NCBI GenBank assembly: GCA_963836075.1
Contig: CAWIIB010000001.1
Coordinates: forward strand, 2,016,001 to 2,080,000
Direction of reading: 5' to 3'
Length of the DNA stretch: 64,000 nt
Origin: an uncultured Acidobacteriota bacterium
GTDB taxonomy: Bacteria > Acidobacteriota > JAQAZP01
A program made the translations under genes and the position numbers. Below the pieces are notes generated by a model that was not told the DNA's origin, ran no database searches, and saw only the letters and a program-made list of their open reading frames with translations. This document shows positions 20,898 to 29,780 of this stretch, in pieces; the first letter of the stretch is position 1; every line of letters starts with the position of its first letter.

Positions 20898-22331
20898 ATG
20901 AGCGAGCACGCGGTTCAGCTGACACCCCTCGGCGGAGGCAAGGAGATCGGCGCCAACGCCTATCTGCTCCGCTGGGGAGAGGTGTCGATCCTCCTCGACG
21001 CCGGGATGCACCCCAGCCGCGATGGCTACCAGGCCCTGCCCCTGCTGGAGCCGCTGGACCAGCTGGACCAACTGGATGCGGTGCTCGTCTCCCATGCCCA
21101 CCTGGACCACGTGGGCAGCCTGCCATACATCGCCCGCGAATACCGACCGCCGGCCATCTTCTGCACCGAGCCCACCGTGGAGGTGGCCTCGCGGATGCTG
21201 CACAACACCGTCTCCGTGCTCTCGATGCTCGGGCACCGCGAGTTCGGCGACCACCGCTACTTCGAAACACACTGGTCCCACGAGGGCATCGACGCCCTGT
21301 CCGAGATCCTCCGCTTCCACGGCCAGCCCTTCGGCAAGTGGTTCCGCGTGGCCGGACCGGTGCGCGCCCTCTTCTTCGAAGCGGGCCACGTGCTCGGCGC
21401 CGCCGGGATCCTGCTCACCGACGGCCAGTTCACCCTGGCCTACAGCGGCGACATCAACCTCGCCCCCCAGGAAATCCACCGCGGGGCCAGCCTGCCGGAG
21501 CTGGAACGCCCGGTGGACGCCCTGATTCTCGAATCAACCTACGGCAGTGACGAAGAGGCCCAGCGGGTCAGCCGGCGGCATGAGAGCAGCCGCTTCACCA
21601 AAAAGGCCCGCAAGGCACTGAACCGCGGAGGCAGCGTGCTGGTGCCCAGCTTCGCCCTGGGCCGGACCCAGGAGATGCTGGCCCTGGTGACCCGGCTGAT
21701 GGAAAAGGGTGAACTGCCCCTGGTACCCATCCGCATCTCAGGTCTGGGCCGGGCGGTGAACCGGATCTACGACGACTTCAACCACCTGCTGCTGCCCAAA
21801 AAGGAAGGGGGGCTGCACCAATTCGACACCGGCTACCGCGTATTGGAACTCTACCCCCCGGGTAAACCCTGGGAACGGCGGGACCGGGATTTCACCCGTC
21901 GCCGGGTGAGAAGGCTGCTGGAGCACCCCTCGATCATCATCGCCACCAACGGGATGATGAAGGAGGAGACCCCCTCGGCCCACTTTGCCGAGGCGATGCT
22001 CGGCTGGCGCGAGCACGCCATTCTCTTTGTCGGCTATGTGGCCCCCGCGGAGCTGGGCGCCCGGGTTCTCGCCGCCGAAAACGGGGATGAAGTGGATTTC
22101 GGCCCCGAAGCCCCCACGGTGCGCGTCCGCTGCCGGACTATCGAGCGCTACCGCTTTTCCGCCCATTCCCACCGCGGCCACCTGCTTGAGGTGGAAGACC
22201 ACTTCTCACCCCGCCGCACAGTGCTGATCCACGGTGAGGACGCCAGTGTGGCCTGGATGAAGGAGCACCTCGAAGACCACACCCGGGTTGACGTTCCCGA
22301 GGTGGGCGAACCCCTCGACCTCCGCGGCTGA
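20898..22331 (+). CDS. Beta-CASP family MBL-fold metallo-hydrolase (predicted ribonuclease)
   Basis: LGG..EIG, SHAHLDH, AGHVLGA, SGD, ESTYG, FALGRTQE, FSAH, IHGE. Confidence 0.92.
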   Translation: MSEHAVQLTPLGGGKEIGANAYLLRWGEVSILLDAGMHPSRDGYQALPLLEPLDQLDQLDAVLVSHAHLDHVGSLPYIAREYRPPAIFCTEPTVEVASRMLHNTVSVLSMLGHREFGDHRYFETHWSHEGIDALSEILRFHGQPFGKWFRVAGPVRALFFEAGHVLGAAGILLTDGQFTLAYSGDINLAPQEIHRGASLPELERPVDALILESTYGSDEEAQRVSRRHESSRFTKKARKALNRGGSVLVPSFALGRTQEMLALVTRLMEKGELPLVPIRISGLGRAVNRIYDDFNHLLLPKKEGGLHQFDTGYRVLELYPPGKPWERRDRDFTRRRVRRLLEHPSIIIATNGMMKEETPSAHFAEAMLGWREHAILFVGYVAPAELGARVLAAENGDEVDFGPEAPTVRVRCRTIERYRFSAHSHRGHLLEVEDHFSPRRTVLIHGEDASVAWMKEHLEDHTRVDVPEVGEPLDLRG

Positions 22332-22361
22332 ATGCAAAAAGATGATGCCACTTTGGGGGAC

Positions 22362-22389
22362 CTGACCCAGCTTTTGCATGCGATATAAT
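22362..22389 (+). promoter_or_regulatory. Possible sigma70-type promoter
   Basis: Perfect TATAAT at 22384-22389; weak -35 CTGACC 16 nt upstream. Confidence 0.45.
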
Positions 22390-22423
22390 GGTCATACGTT
22401 AAGAGTCAGGGGAGAGAAGAACG

Positions 22424-23068
22424 ATGCAGCAGGAATACACCACCGGCGAGGAAATCGCCAACAGCATCACCCACGGTCTGGGGCTGGCCCTCAGTGTCGC
22501 CGGGCTGGTGATGCTGGTCATATTGGCTGCCCAGCGCGGTGATCCCTGGCAGGTGGTCAGTTTCAGCATCTTCGGTGCCTCGCTGATTCTGCTCTACCTC
22601 GCGTCCACGCTCTACCATGGACTGACCCGGCCGGAAACCAAGAAAACCTTCAAGTTTTTTGACCACGCGTCGATCTACATTCTCATCGCCGGCACCTACA
22701 CCCCCTTCACAATGGTCTCCATCCGCGGCGGCTGGGGCTGGGCCCTCTTCGGCGTGATCTGGGGGCTGGCCATCCTGGGCATCCTGTTCAAGATCAAAAA
22801 CACCGGGCGCTGGGGCAAGGTCTCCGCCGCAGTCTACGTGCTGATGGGCTGGCTCTGCGTCATTGCCCTGCACCGGATGATCGCCACCATCCCCACGGCC
22901 GGCCTGATCTGGCTCTTCGCCGGCGGCGTACTCTACACCAGCGGCCTGATCTTCTATGGCTGGAAGAAACTGCCCTACAACCACGCCGTCTGGCATCTCT
23001 TCGTCCTCGGCGGCAGCATCTGCCACTTCTTCTCCATCTTCTATTACGTGCCGGGGGGCACGGCCTGA
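22424..23068 (+). CDS. Hemolysin III / PAQR (TrhA-like) membrane protein
   Basis: EEIANSITHG, STLYH, DHASIYILIAGTYTP, HAVWHLFV..GS.CH. Confidence 0.93.
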   Translation: MQQEYTTGEEIANSITHGLGLALSVAGLVMLVILAAQRGDPWQVVSFSIFGASLILLYLASTLYHGLTRPETKKTFKFFDHASIYILIAGTYTPFTMVSIRGGWGWALFGVIWGLAILGILFKIKNTGRWGKVSAAVYVLMGWLCVIALHRMIATIPTAGLIWLFAGGVLYTSGLIFYGWKKLPYNHAVWHLFVLGGSICHFFSIFYYVPGGTA

Positions 23069-23094
23069 ACGCCACCGGGAGCGCGCACAGCGGC

Positions 23095-25053
23095 ATGAAC
23101 TCGCCCGATGCCAAGCCGATCAGATCCCGTCAGGACGTGGTCCTGCTCATCGCCGTGGCCGCGGCCCTGACCGAAGGGATCATCTGCGCCTCTCTCTACC
23201 GTCACCTGCCGCTGGGGCCATTCCGCTTCTTCAGCGCCACGATCAGCGGGTATGCCGCCCTGATGGCGCTGGCCGCCGGGGCCCTGACCTGGCTGCTGAC
23301 CCTGCTCTTCCGCCGGCCCCGCCCGGCCGTCGCCCTGGGGTCGGCCCTGGCCTGGTTCGCCCTCCTCGCCTGGCGCGGGTTGGGCATCGCCGCACTGCTG
23401 GACACCGGTCCCGCCTCCACCAAGGACGTGGTGGCGGCACCGGTCTGGCCGGTGTACTCCATGGCCGGCGGAGCCGCCCTGGCCATCGGTCTCATCGCCT
23501 GGCTGCTGGCCGCACGAAAGCGGCGCTGGGTTCCCCGGCCGGTGGCCGTCAGCCTGGCACTGCTGGTCCTTGCCGGCGGGCTCTTCCTCACCCGGGGCGA
23601 GACGGTGATCACGGCCGGGCAAACCGGATCGGGAGCCGCAGCCACCGTTCAAACGGCCCCGCCGTTCCATGCCGCGGACACCAACCTCCTGCTGGTCACC
23701 GTGGACACCCTGCGCGCTGACCACACTTCGGCGTACGGCTACGGGCGGGATACCTCACCGGTCCTGACCGATCTCAGCAGCCGCGGGGTTCGTTTCGGCC
23801 GCTGCATCACCCAGCGGACCAACACTGCGGCCAGCGTGGCCGCCCTGATGACCGGGCTCTACCCGCCCACCAACCGGACGCTGAACAACCGCGACATCCT
23901 TCAGGACTTCAACTTCACCCTGGCCGAGCTGTTCCGGGACCAGGGGTATCGCACGGCGGCCTTTGTCACCGTGCCGGTGGTGGGGCCGCGCTTCAACTTC
24001 GACCAGGGGTTCGAGCAGTTCAAGATGCTGGCCTTCCGCATTCCCGAGGACGAACTGGCCGAGTCGCGGATCGTCAACCGCAGCACCTTCAACTGGTTGA
24101 CCGAAAACGCGGAAAACCGCTTCTTCCTCTGGCTGCACTACAAGGATCCCCACTCGCCCTACCTCGTCCCGGAAAAGTACAAGGGCCTCTACCTCGACAC
24201 ACCCGGGACCGCATCGCCAGGCGAAACGGAGCTGCTGATGCAGGGGACCGAGGAGGCACGCCGGGAAAACGCCCGCTACTTCATCTCGCAATATGACGCG
24301 GAGATCCGCTTCATCGACGAGAGCCTCGGCCGGCTCTTTGACAAACTGGACGAACTGGGCCTGGGCGAGCGCACCCTGGTGGTGCTCACCGCCGACCATG
24401 GCGAGGGGCTGGGCGAGCACGGCGAGTATTTCGCCCACGGCGCCAACTGTTACGAACCCACGGCCAGCGTACCGCTCTACCTGCTCCACCCCGCGCTGCC
24501 CGGTGGACGGCTGGTCACCGACACGGTGAGCCTGGTGGACGTCCTGCCCACCCTCCGTGACCTGTTCGGTTTCGGCGCCGATCCCGGCCTGCAGGGCCAG
24601 AGCCTCACCGGACTGCTCACCAATGACCAGACCCGGCCGGCCCGCCCGCACCACTTCATCGTCGGCGCCTACCGTGCCGGTTACCAGACCCACGCGGTGA
24701 CCACCGGCAGCCACAAGCTGATTTTGAAAGCAATGGAGGGATGGGTGGCCACCGACCAGGCCATGGATCGGCTGGTGCGGCTCTGGACCGGCGACCCGCT
24801 GCTCAATCCATACCGCTGCCGGGTCACCGGCTACGAGCTCTACGATCTGGAGGCCGACCCCGGTGAGACGAACAACCTGGCCGGCCAGGGACTGGAGGCG
24901 GAGGCGGAGCTGGAGGACGAACTCTGGCGCTGGATGGACCGGACCTACCGCCGCGGCGCGGTGCACGACGTCCGGCAAGGCGATTTGACACCAAAGCTGG
25001 CCGACCAGCTGCGGGCCCTGGGCTACCTGGAGCGTGAGCCGGGCGAGAAGTAA
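23095..25053 (+). CDS. Membrane-anchored sulfatase-like (alkaline phosphatase superfamily) protein
   Basis: Five N-terminal TM segments; LVTVDTLRADH, H..DPH.PY, YDAEI, TADHGE, ELYDL..DPGE..NL, QLRALGY. Confidence 0.85.
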   Translation: MNSPDAKPIRSRQDVVLLIAVAAALTEGIICASLYRHLPLGPFRFFSATISGYAALMALAAGALTWLLTLLFRRPRPAVALGSALAWFALLAWRGLGIAALLDTGPASTKDVVAAPVWPVYSMAGGAALAIGLIAWLLAARKRRWVPRPVAVSLALLVLAGGLFLTRGETVITAGQTGSGAAATVQTAPPFHAADTNLLLVTVDTLRADHTSAYGYGRDTSPVLTDLSSRGVRFGRCITQRTNTAASVAALMTGLYPPTNRTLNNRDILQDFNFTLAELFRDQGYRTAAFVTVPVVGPRFNFDQGFEQFKMLAFRIPEDELAESRIVNRSTFNWLTENAENRFFLWLHYKDPHSPYLVPEKYKGLYLDTPGTASPGETELLMQGTEEARRENARYFISQYDAEIRFIDESLGRLFDKLDELGLGERTLVVLTADHGEGLGEHGEYFAHGANCYEPTASVPLYLLHPALPGGRLVTDTVSLVDVLPTLRDLFGFGADPGLQGQSLTGLLTNDQTRPARPHHFIVGAYRAGYQTHAVTTGSHKLILKAMEGWVATDQAMDRLVRLWTGDPLLNPYRCRVTGYELYDLEADPGETNNLAGQGLEAEAELEDELWRWMDRTYRRGAVHDVRQGDLTPKLADQLRALGYLEREPGEK

Positions 25054-25062
25054 TGCCGGGAC

Positions 25063-26070
25063 CTACCGCGCCCCGGCGCCGGCCACCTTCACCCCGTGGG
25101 TGAACAGGTCGGGATCGTAGGCCATGAAATCGACGCCCGGCACCGCACTCACCGACCCATCCTCGTAGTCGAACGCCCTGACCCACGGGGAGTAGTCCTC
25201 CCGCGGGCCGGGACCGGTGAGAATCTCGTCGACCCCGTCACCGTCCACATCGCCGCACCCCACGTTGACCCCGTACTGGAGGTAGTCATCGTAGGCGAAG
25301 AAGCTGATCCCCGGCAGCGGCTGGGCCGTGCCCGACCCGTCCCAGTTCCAGGCACGGACATGCGGACCAAAGACGATGCCCGGGCCGGCGCCGGTGATGA
25401 TCTCGTCGATCCCGTCGCCGTCCAGATCGCCGCAGGCCACGTTCACCCCGTACTTGTTGGTGCCGTAGGCCAGGAAGTTGACCTCCGGGATGGCCACGGC
25501 CGGACCGCCGTCCACGTTCCAGCCGCGCACGTGCGGGCCGTACACCGCACCCGGACCGGCGCCGGTGACGATCTCGTCGAAACCGTCGCCGTCGATGTCT
25601 CCGCAGGAGACGTTCACGCCCCACTTGGGGGTGCCGTAGGCGAAGTAGGAGATAGTGGGGATGATGGTCACCTCGCCGCCACCGTCCCAGTTCCAGCCGC
25701 GCACGTGGGGGCCGAAGACGGCGCCCGGGCCCGCCCCGGTGACGATCTCGGGATAGTCATCGCCGTCCACATCCCCGCAGGCCACGTTCACCCCGAATTT
25801 ATGCGTGCCGTAGGCCAGGAAGGAGATCTCCGCAATGGCCGTGCCGTCCTCGCGGAACCCCCGGACATGGGGCCCGTAGATCTCTCCCGGCCCGGGGCCG
25901 GTGAGCAGTTCGACCTTCGAGTCGAGGGTCAGGTCGCCGCAGGCCACGTTCACCCCGTAGTTGTCCGCACCATAGGCCGTCCACTCCGCCACCGGGCTGC
26001 CGGGATTGCCCGGGTCGAACAGCCGGACCAGCGGCGGGTTGCCCTCTCCCCGTCCCGGACCGGTGACGAT
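25063..26070 (-). repeat. C-terminal module A, copy 2
   Basis: IVTGPGRGEGNPPLVR...HGVKVAG. Confidence 0.9.
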
Positions 26071-27225
26071 GTATCTCGGTCCCACGGTGCTGTTGAGCAG
26101 GATGGCCACGAAGTTGGAGGAATTGCTCCCCACGGCCACATCCAGGTCCCCGTCACCATCCAGGTCGCTCAGGGCCAGCGAGGAACCGCTGTAGTCAGCG
26201 AGGTATTCCCGGCCCTCCTGGAAGGTCAGATCGCCGTTGCCCAGGAAGACCGTCAGCATCGGGTTGCCAAGACTGGCCATGGCCAGGTCGAGATTGCCGT
26301 CAAGGTCGAGGTCACCCGCCGCCAGCGCCCAGGGATTTCCATTGAGGGTACGGTCGACCCTGTTGCCGAAATTCCCGTTGCCCAGGTTTTCCAGGATAGT
26401 GAGCCTGCCGTAGTATCCGACCACCGCCAGGTCCGGGTCACCGTCATCGTCCAGGTCGCTGAAGACCGTTCCGCGAGGCCTGTCGCAGACCCCGTAGTCG
26501 ACCCGGTGGGTGTAGTTGCCGTCGTCATACTTGAGAACGGTCACCGAATCGTCGGAGTAGTTCGTCACGGCGAGATCCACCATGTCGTCATCGGTCAACT
26601 CGGCGAAGGTGATGAAATTGGGTTCCCGCCCGGCGGTGAAATTGCCGTCCATGGTGTACGTGCCGTCTCCGTCGCCGTTGAACAGCTGTAACCGCTGTGC
26701 GTCGGGCCAGGTCATCATGATGTCCAGGTCGTCGTCACCGTCAATACTGCACTCGGCCAGTGCCATGGCCGTGGGGTAGTCGGGCGAGTAATCGTACCAG
26801 TGGGTGAGCAGCTCTCCGACGCCGTTGCCCAGCAAGATGATCAGTTCCGGCCCGTAACGGCTGAGGACGGCAGCGTCAAGGTGCCCGTCGCTGTTCAGGT
26901 CGCCCAGCTCCAGGTCCTGCGGCGAGTATCCGGCATCGGTGACGTTGCCAACGAAAAAGGTGCCGTCCCCGTTGCCAATCAGGACCGCCACCGAATCGTC
27001 GTAGTCGTTGAGGGTCACCAGGTCCATGATGCCGTCCTCATCGATATCGCCGGCCCCCACATCCACTGGTGTGCCGGTGCTTGCGGTGAGAATCACCGTT
27101 CCCAGGAGATCGTCCCCTTCCCCGGGGAGCACCTGGGCGGACAGGACTGATGGAAGACAGGCAAACAGCGCGGCCAGCAGTACCGGCAGCAGGGCCGGTC
27201 CCCTCTTCGACAGTGACAAGGTCAT
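25063..27225 (-). CDS. Secreted FG-GAP/VCBS repeat protein with C-terminal module A
   Basis: GAGGT RBS; signal peptide; D.D.DG..DL...G.GDGTF repeats followed by six module-A repeats; paralog of 27302-29464. Confidence 0.88.
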   Translation of the reverse strand: MTLSLSKRGPALLPVLLAALFACLPSVLSAQVLPGEGDDLLGTVILTASTGTPVDVGAGDIDEDGIMDLVTLNDYDDSVAVLIGNGDGTFFVGNVTDAGYSPQDLELGDLNSDGHLDAAVLSRYGPELIILLGNGVGELLTHWYDYSPDYPTAMALAECSIDGDDDLDIMMTWPDAQRLQLFNGDGDGTYTMDGNFTAGREPNFITFAELTDDDMVDLAVTNYSDDSVTVLKYDDGNYTHRVDYGVCDRPRGTVFSDLDDDGDPDLAVVGYYGRLTILENLGNGNFGNRVDRTLNGNPWALAAGDLDLDGNLDLAMASLGNPMLTVFLGNGDLTFQEGREYLADYSGSSLALSDLDGDGDLDVAVGSNSSNFVAILLNSTVGPRYIVTGPGRGEGNPPLVRLFDPGNPGSPVAEWTAYGADNYGVNVACGDLTLDSKVELLTGPGPGEIYGPHVRGFREDGTAIAEISFLAYGTHKFGVNVACGDVDGDDYPEIVTGAGPGAVFGPHVRGWNWDGGGEVTIIPTISYFAYGTPKWGVNVSCGDIDGDGFDEIVTGAGPGAVYGPHVRGWNVDGGPAVAIPEVNFLAYGTNKYGVNVACGDLDGDGIDEIITGAGPGIVFGPHVRAWNWDGSGTAQPLPGISFFAYDDYLQYGVNVGCGDVDGDGVDEILTGPGPREDYSPWVRAFDYEDGSVSAVPGVDFMAYDPDLFTHGVKVAGAGAR

Positions 27226-27301
27226 GGCGATAACCTCTTCAGGAATATGACTGCATATAACGGACAGGTTCACCCCGCCCAGTTTGACCAAGGCTCGAGC
27301 A

Positions 27302-28312
27302 CTATTGCGGGCCGGCACCGGCCACCTTCACCCCGTGGCTGAAATGATCCGGATTGTAGGCCAGGAAATCGATGCCCTGCACCGCGGTGAGCGCATCGCC
27401 ATCGAAATTGAATGCCCGGACCCACGGGAGATGATCCTCCCCCGGTCCGGGACCGGTGAGGATCTCGTGGATCCCGTCACCGTCCACGTCTCCGCACGCC
27501 ACGTTCACACCCCACTGGGAGTACAACGCATAGGCAAAGAAACTCACCCCGCCCACCGCTTCCACCGGCCCCGAGCCGTCCCAGTTCCAGGCACGAACGT
27601 GGGGGCCGAACACGGTGCCCGGACCGGCACCGGTGACGATCTCGCTCATTCCGTCGCCGTCGATGTCACCACAGGCCACGTTGACCCCGAACTGGTTGGT
27701 GCCGTAAGCCAGGAAGGAGATTTCCGGGATGGCCTGGGCCACCCCTGTTCCGTCCCAGTTCCAGCCCCGGACGTGGGGGCCGTAGATCGCTCCTGGTCCG
27801 GCGCCGGTGATGATCTCATCGTAGCCGTCGCCGTCAAGGTCGCCGCAGGCCACGTTGACCCCCCACTGGGACGCGCCATAGGCGAAATAGGAGATCTCGG
27901 GAATGGCACTGACCTCGCCGGCCCCGTCCCAGTTCCAGCCGCGCACGTGGGGGCCGAACACGGCACCCGGACCGGCGCCGGTGATGATCTCGGGATAGCT
28001 GTCGCCGTCGATGTCGCCACAGGCCACGTTGACGCCGAACTTCAGGGTGCCGTAAGCGATGAAGGAAATCTCCGGGATCGGCGCACCGTTGCCCTGGAAC
28101 CCGCGAACCTGTGGCCCGTAAATCTCCCCGGGGCCCGGGCCGGTGAGCACGTCGAGATTCTGGTCCAGGTCGAGGTCGCCGCAGGCCACATTCACCCCGT
28201 ACTTGTCCGCCCCGTAGGCCGTCCACTCGGCCAGCGGTGTGGACACATTCCTCGGGTCAAAGACCCGGGCCAACGGCGGGTTGTTCTCGCCGCGGCCCGG
28301 ACCGGTGACGAT
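27302..28312 (-). repeat. C-terminal module A, copy 3
   Basis: IVTGPGRGENNPPLAR...HGVKVAG. Confidence 0.9.
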
Positions 28313-29464
28313 GTATCCCGGGTCCAGGGTGGAGTTCAGGAACACCGCCACATAGCCGTTGTTGCCGCTGGGTATGGCGATGTCGAGATCACCATCCCCG
28401 TCCAGGTCGGCCATGGAGATGGCAGTACCGCCATCATCGTAAAGATAGGTGAGTGGGGATTCAAAGGTCAGGTCCCCCCGGCCCAGAAGTACGGTGAGCA
28501 GGTCCGAGTAATCACTGACAAGGGCCAGGTCGACGTGGCCGTCGAGGTTCAGATCCCCGGCAGCCACCTTCAAGGGGTAGGTGTACAAACTGACCATTCC
28601 GGCATTTCCGAAAACACCGCCGCCCATGTTCTCCAGAATGGTCACCCCGTCCCACTGGCAGGCCACGGCGAGATCCTCGTCGCCATCCTCGTCCAGGTCG
28701 GCGAGCGCGGCCCCCTGGGGTTCTCCGAACACCGCGTAGTCGGCCCGGTGGGTGTAGTTCCCGTCACTGTATTTGAGGATGGAAACACTGTTGTCGTCCC
28801 TGTTGGACACGGCGAAATCCATGATCCCGTTGCCGGTGAGATCGGCAAGGGTGATGAAAGTGGCATCGCGGCCCACGGCAAAGTTACCGTCGGTGGTGAA
28901 GGTACCGTCACCCACACCGTTGAGCAGCCGCACTTCGTCGTCGTAGGGCCAGTTTACCACCAGGTCGAGGTCGTCATCGCCGTCGGCCCCCACACTCCCC
29001 AGGGCCATGGCCGTGGGGTTATCGGGCGAGGTATCGGTCCAGTGTTCGGTGAACTCCCCCAGTCCGTCGCCCAGCAGCACGCGCAGTTCCGGCGCATAGC
29101 GGCTGATGGTGACGGCATCCTGGTGCCCGTCGTCGTCGACATCGCCCATGGCAAGATCGGTAATATAGTCCCCGGCATGGAAACTGCCGCCGGTGGAGAA
29201 GGTGCCGTCGCCATTGCCGTGATACACCGTTATATTCTCGTAGTAGTCGGCGGTCACCAGGTCCGGACGGCCGTCCTCGTCCACGTCGGCGACCTCGATA
29301 TCCACGGGATTGCCGGTGACCGGCAGCAGGATCACCGCTTCGAAGAGATCGCCTGCCGTCCCGCCCGCCATCTGGGCCGGAAGGAGTGCCGGGAACAGCA
29401 TGAGCAGCACAATTGCCAGGACCGGCAACAGAAACGGCCCTCTTCTCCAAAGAGATGAAATCAT
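27302..29464 (-). CDS. Secreted FG-GAP/VCBS repeat protein with C-terminal module A
   Basis: AAGGGG RBS; signal peptide; colinear with 25063-27225 (SRY.PEL, PTAMAL, GNYTHR.DY.V shared). Confidence 0.88.
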   Translation of the reverse strand: MISSLWRRGPFLLPVLAIVLLMLFPALLPAQMAGGTAGDLFEAVILLPVTGNPVDIEVADVDEDGRPDLVTADYYENITVYHGNGDGTFSTGGSFHAGDYITDLAMGDVDDDGHQDAVTISRYAPELRVLLGDGLGEFTEHWTDTSPDNPTAMALGSVGADGDDDLDLVVNWPYDDEVRLLNGVGDGTFTTDGNFAVGRDATFITLADLTGNGIMDFAVSNRDDNSVSILKYSDGNYTHRADYAVFGEPQGAALADLDEDGDEDLAVACQWDGVTILENMGGGVFGNAGMVSLYTYPLKVAAGDLNLDGHVDLALVSDYSDLLTVLLGRGDLTFESPLTYLYDDGGTAISMADLDGDGDLDIAIPSGNNGYVAVFLNSTLDPGYIVTGPGRGENNPPLARVFDPRNVSTPLAEWTAYGADKYGVNVACGDLDLDQNLDVLTGPGPGEIYGPQVRGFQGNGAPIPEISFIAYGTLKFGVNVACGDIDGDSYPEIITGAGPGAVFGPHVRGWNWDGAGEVSAIPEISYFAYGASQWGVNVACGDLDGDGYDEIITGAGPGAIYGPHVRGWNWDGTGVAQAIPEISFLAYGTNQFGVNVACGDIDGDGMSEIVTGAGPGTVFGPHVRAWNWDGSGPVEAVGGVSFFAYALYSQWGVNVACGDVDGDGIHEILTGPGPGEDHLPWVRAFNFDGDALTAVQGIDFLAYNPDHFSHGVKVAGAGPQ

Positions 29465-29606
29465 GATGAAGTCCCCTTGAGGTATCCCGGTGGATGGCTG
29501 GTTCAGAACCGCCACGCAATCCTCGGGCAATTCCAAAAATATGATGATTCGGTTTGAGTAAGGCGTTTTAAAACTGGGGCCACCATTCACAGGTGAATTA
29601 CTAAAA

Positions 29607-29635
29607 AGTATACCTATCAGGAAAACAGTTGTCAA
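29607..29635 (-). promoter_or_regulatory. Near-consensus sigma70 promoter for the tandem propeller genes
   Basis: TTGACA-17 nt-TATACT; palindrome ATTCAC-AG-GTGAAT (29585-29598) just downstream. Confidence 0.75.
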
Positions 29636-29700
29636 ACTTACCTTTACCGGAACAATTTCATTATTCCAATCCGTATGAACTGTCATAACGAACACCTAGT

Positions 29701-29729
29701 TTGTCCGGAATGGAAATACGGACTATACT
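29701..29729 (+). promoter_or_regulatory. Sigma70-type promoter for the oligosaccharyltransferase gene
   Basis: TTGTCC-17 nt-TATACT. Confidence 0.6.
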
Positions 29730-29780
29730 CACCGCGAATCTGTTCCCGAATCACCGGCATTCCGTAATCAGCGAACAGCC

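Noticed and set aside
20898-22331. Beta-CASP nuclease as part of a defence system
   Set aside because: No helicase, ATPase or other defence-type neighbours; the motifs fit an ordinary RNA-processing MBL hydrolase.
27284-29458. Long antisense ORFs (27284-29458, 25096-26691, 42936-44504, 10156-11673, 13422-14984, 6504-8084)
   Set aside because: These are shadow frames of GC-rich genes on the opposite strand, with no motifs and biased composition.
29465-29780. AT-rich patches (29465-29780, 37391-37527, 47004-47110) as possible foreign DNA
   Set aside because: They are short intergenic promoter regions with no integrase, transposase or flanking repeats.
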